From an uncultured Syntrophaceae bacterium (GTDB lineage Bacteria > Desulfobacterota > Syntrophia > Syntrophales > UBA6109), in the NCBI GenBank assembly GCA_964506465.1, contig CAZDLM010000028.1:1-32000 (forward strand): a stretch of DNA of 32,000 nt. The letters are read 5' to 3'. A program made the translations under genes and the position numbers. The notes below the pieces were generated by a model, which ran no database searches, was not told where the DNA came from, and saw only the letters and a program-made list of their open reading frames with translations. This document shows, piece by piece, positions 31,865 to 32,000 of this stretch. Position 1 is the first letter of the stretch, and each line of letters starts with the position of its first letter.

Positions 31865-32000
31865 GGCTGAGCCTCTCCCGGTGCGGACCGTTCGGCGACG
31901 AACCAGGTCTCTTCGCTCGCCGGCGCCGACGGCTCCACGGTTTCGATCCGAAAACCCGCGGCGCGGATTGTCGCCTCGATCGCTTCGCGGCTCCGGTAAC
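31861..32000 (-). CDS. C-terminal fragment of an upstream gene, methyltransferase-like (gene starts beyond the right edge)
   Basis: Hand translation: YRSREAIEATIRAAGFRIETVEPSAPASEETWFVAERSAPGEAQP*. The ...EAI...AGF.I... ending resembles the C-termini of class I SAM methyltransferases, but only 46 codons are visible. Confidence 0.4.
   Translation of the reverse strand, partial: YRSREAIEATIRAAGFRIETVEPSAPASEETWFVAERSAPGEAQP

Noticed and set aside
1-32000. Search for tRNA, rRNA, CRISPR arrays, IS elements, integrases, phage genes or flanking direct repeats that would mark a mobile island
   Set aside because: None were seen on either strand. Cluster composition looks like that of the left-flank housekeeping genes apart from the lipoprotein gene, so I make no mobile-element or island claim.

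Overview
GC-rich bacterial window (about 60-65% by eye and spot hand-counts, with a few short AT-rich islands). It is almost wholly coding and almost wholly transcribed on the minus strand. I saw no rRNA, tRNA, CRISPR, IS or phage genes. The left 5.7 kb holds two units. (i) An operon running 4165 down to 1 and off the edge: GntR regulator, polyferredoxin, tungsten-type aldehyde:ferredoxin oxidoreductase, MBL-fold hydrolase, beta-hydroxyacid dehydrogenase. (ii) Three small envelope/redox proteins: a Lys/Gly-repeat secreted protein, a YHS-domain protein and a thioredoxin-like protein. The other ~26 kb (5776-32000, right border not reached) is one biosynthetic locus of 25 tightly packed minus-strand genes (28571 down to 5776), many with overlapping start/stop codons. 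They encode 4 intact ketosynthases plus a chain-length-factor-like KS, 3 acyl carrier proteins, 3 dehydratases (two single hotdog, one PKS-type double hotdog), a 4HBT thioesterase, an IVD/LCAD-type acyl-CoA dehydrogenase homologue and a CrtI-type flavoprotein. They also encode five radical SAM enzymes (three with N-terminal B12-binding-type domains, two tandem paralogues with a C-terminal CCx5-6CxxC motif), PlsY- and PlsC-type glycerolipid acyltransferases, a NodB deacetylase, a MipA/OmpV outer-membrane protein and a small membrane protein. The flank adds a lipoprotein, an adenylate-forming ligase, an LpxL-type acyltransferase and a methyltransferase-like fragment. No ketoreductase, enoyl reductase or malonyl transacylase is present in the window. 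Main hypothesis: an aryl-polyene-like type II FAS/PKS system combined with radical SAM chemistry of the kind proposed, but to my knowledge never demonstrated, for anammox ladderane clusters, making an unusual modified membrane lipid. All functional calls rest on motifs read in the supplied translations or my own hand translations; no database search was possible. Many long ORFs in the six-frame track are antisense or off-frame artefacts of high GC content and were rejected.
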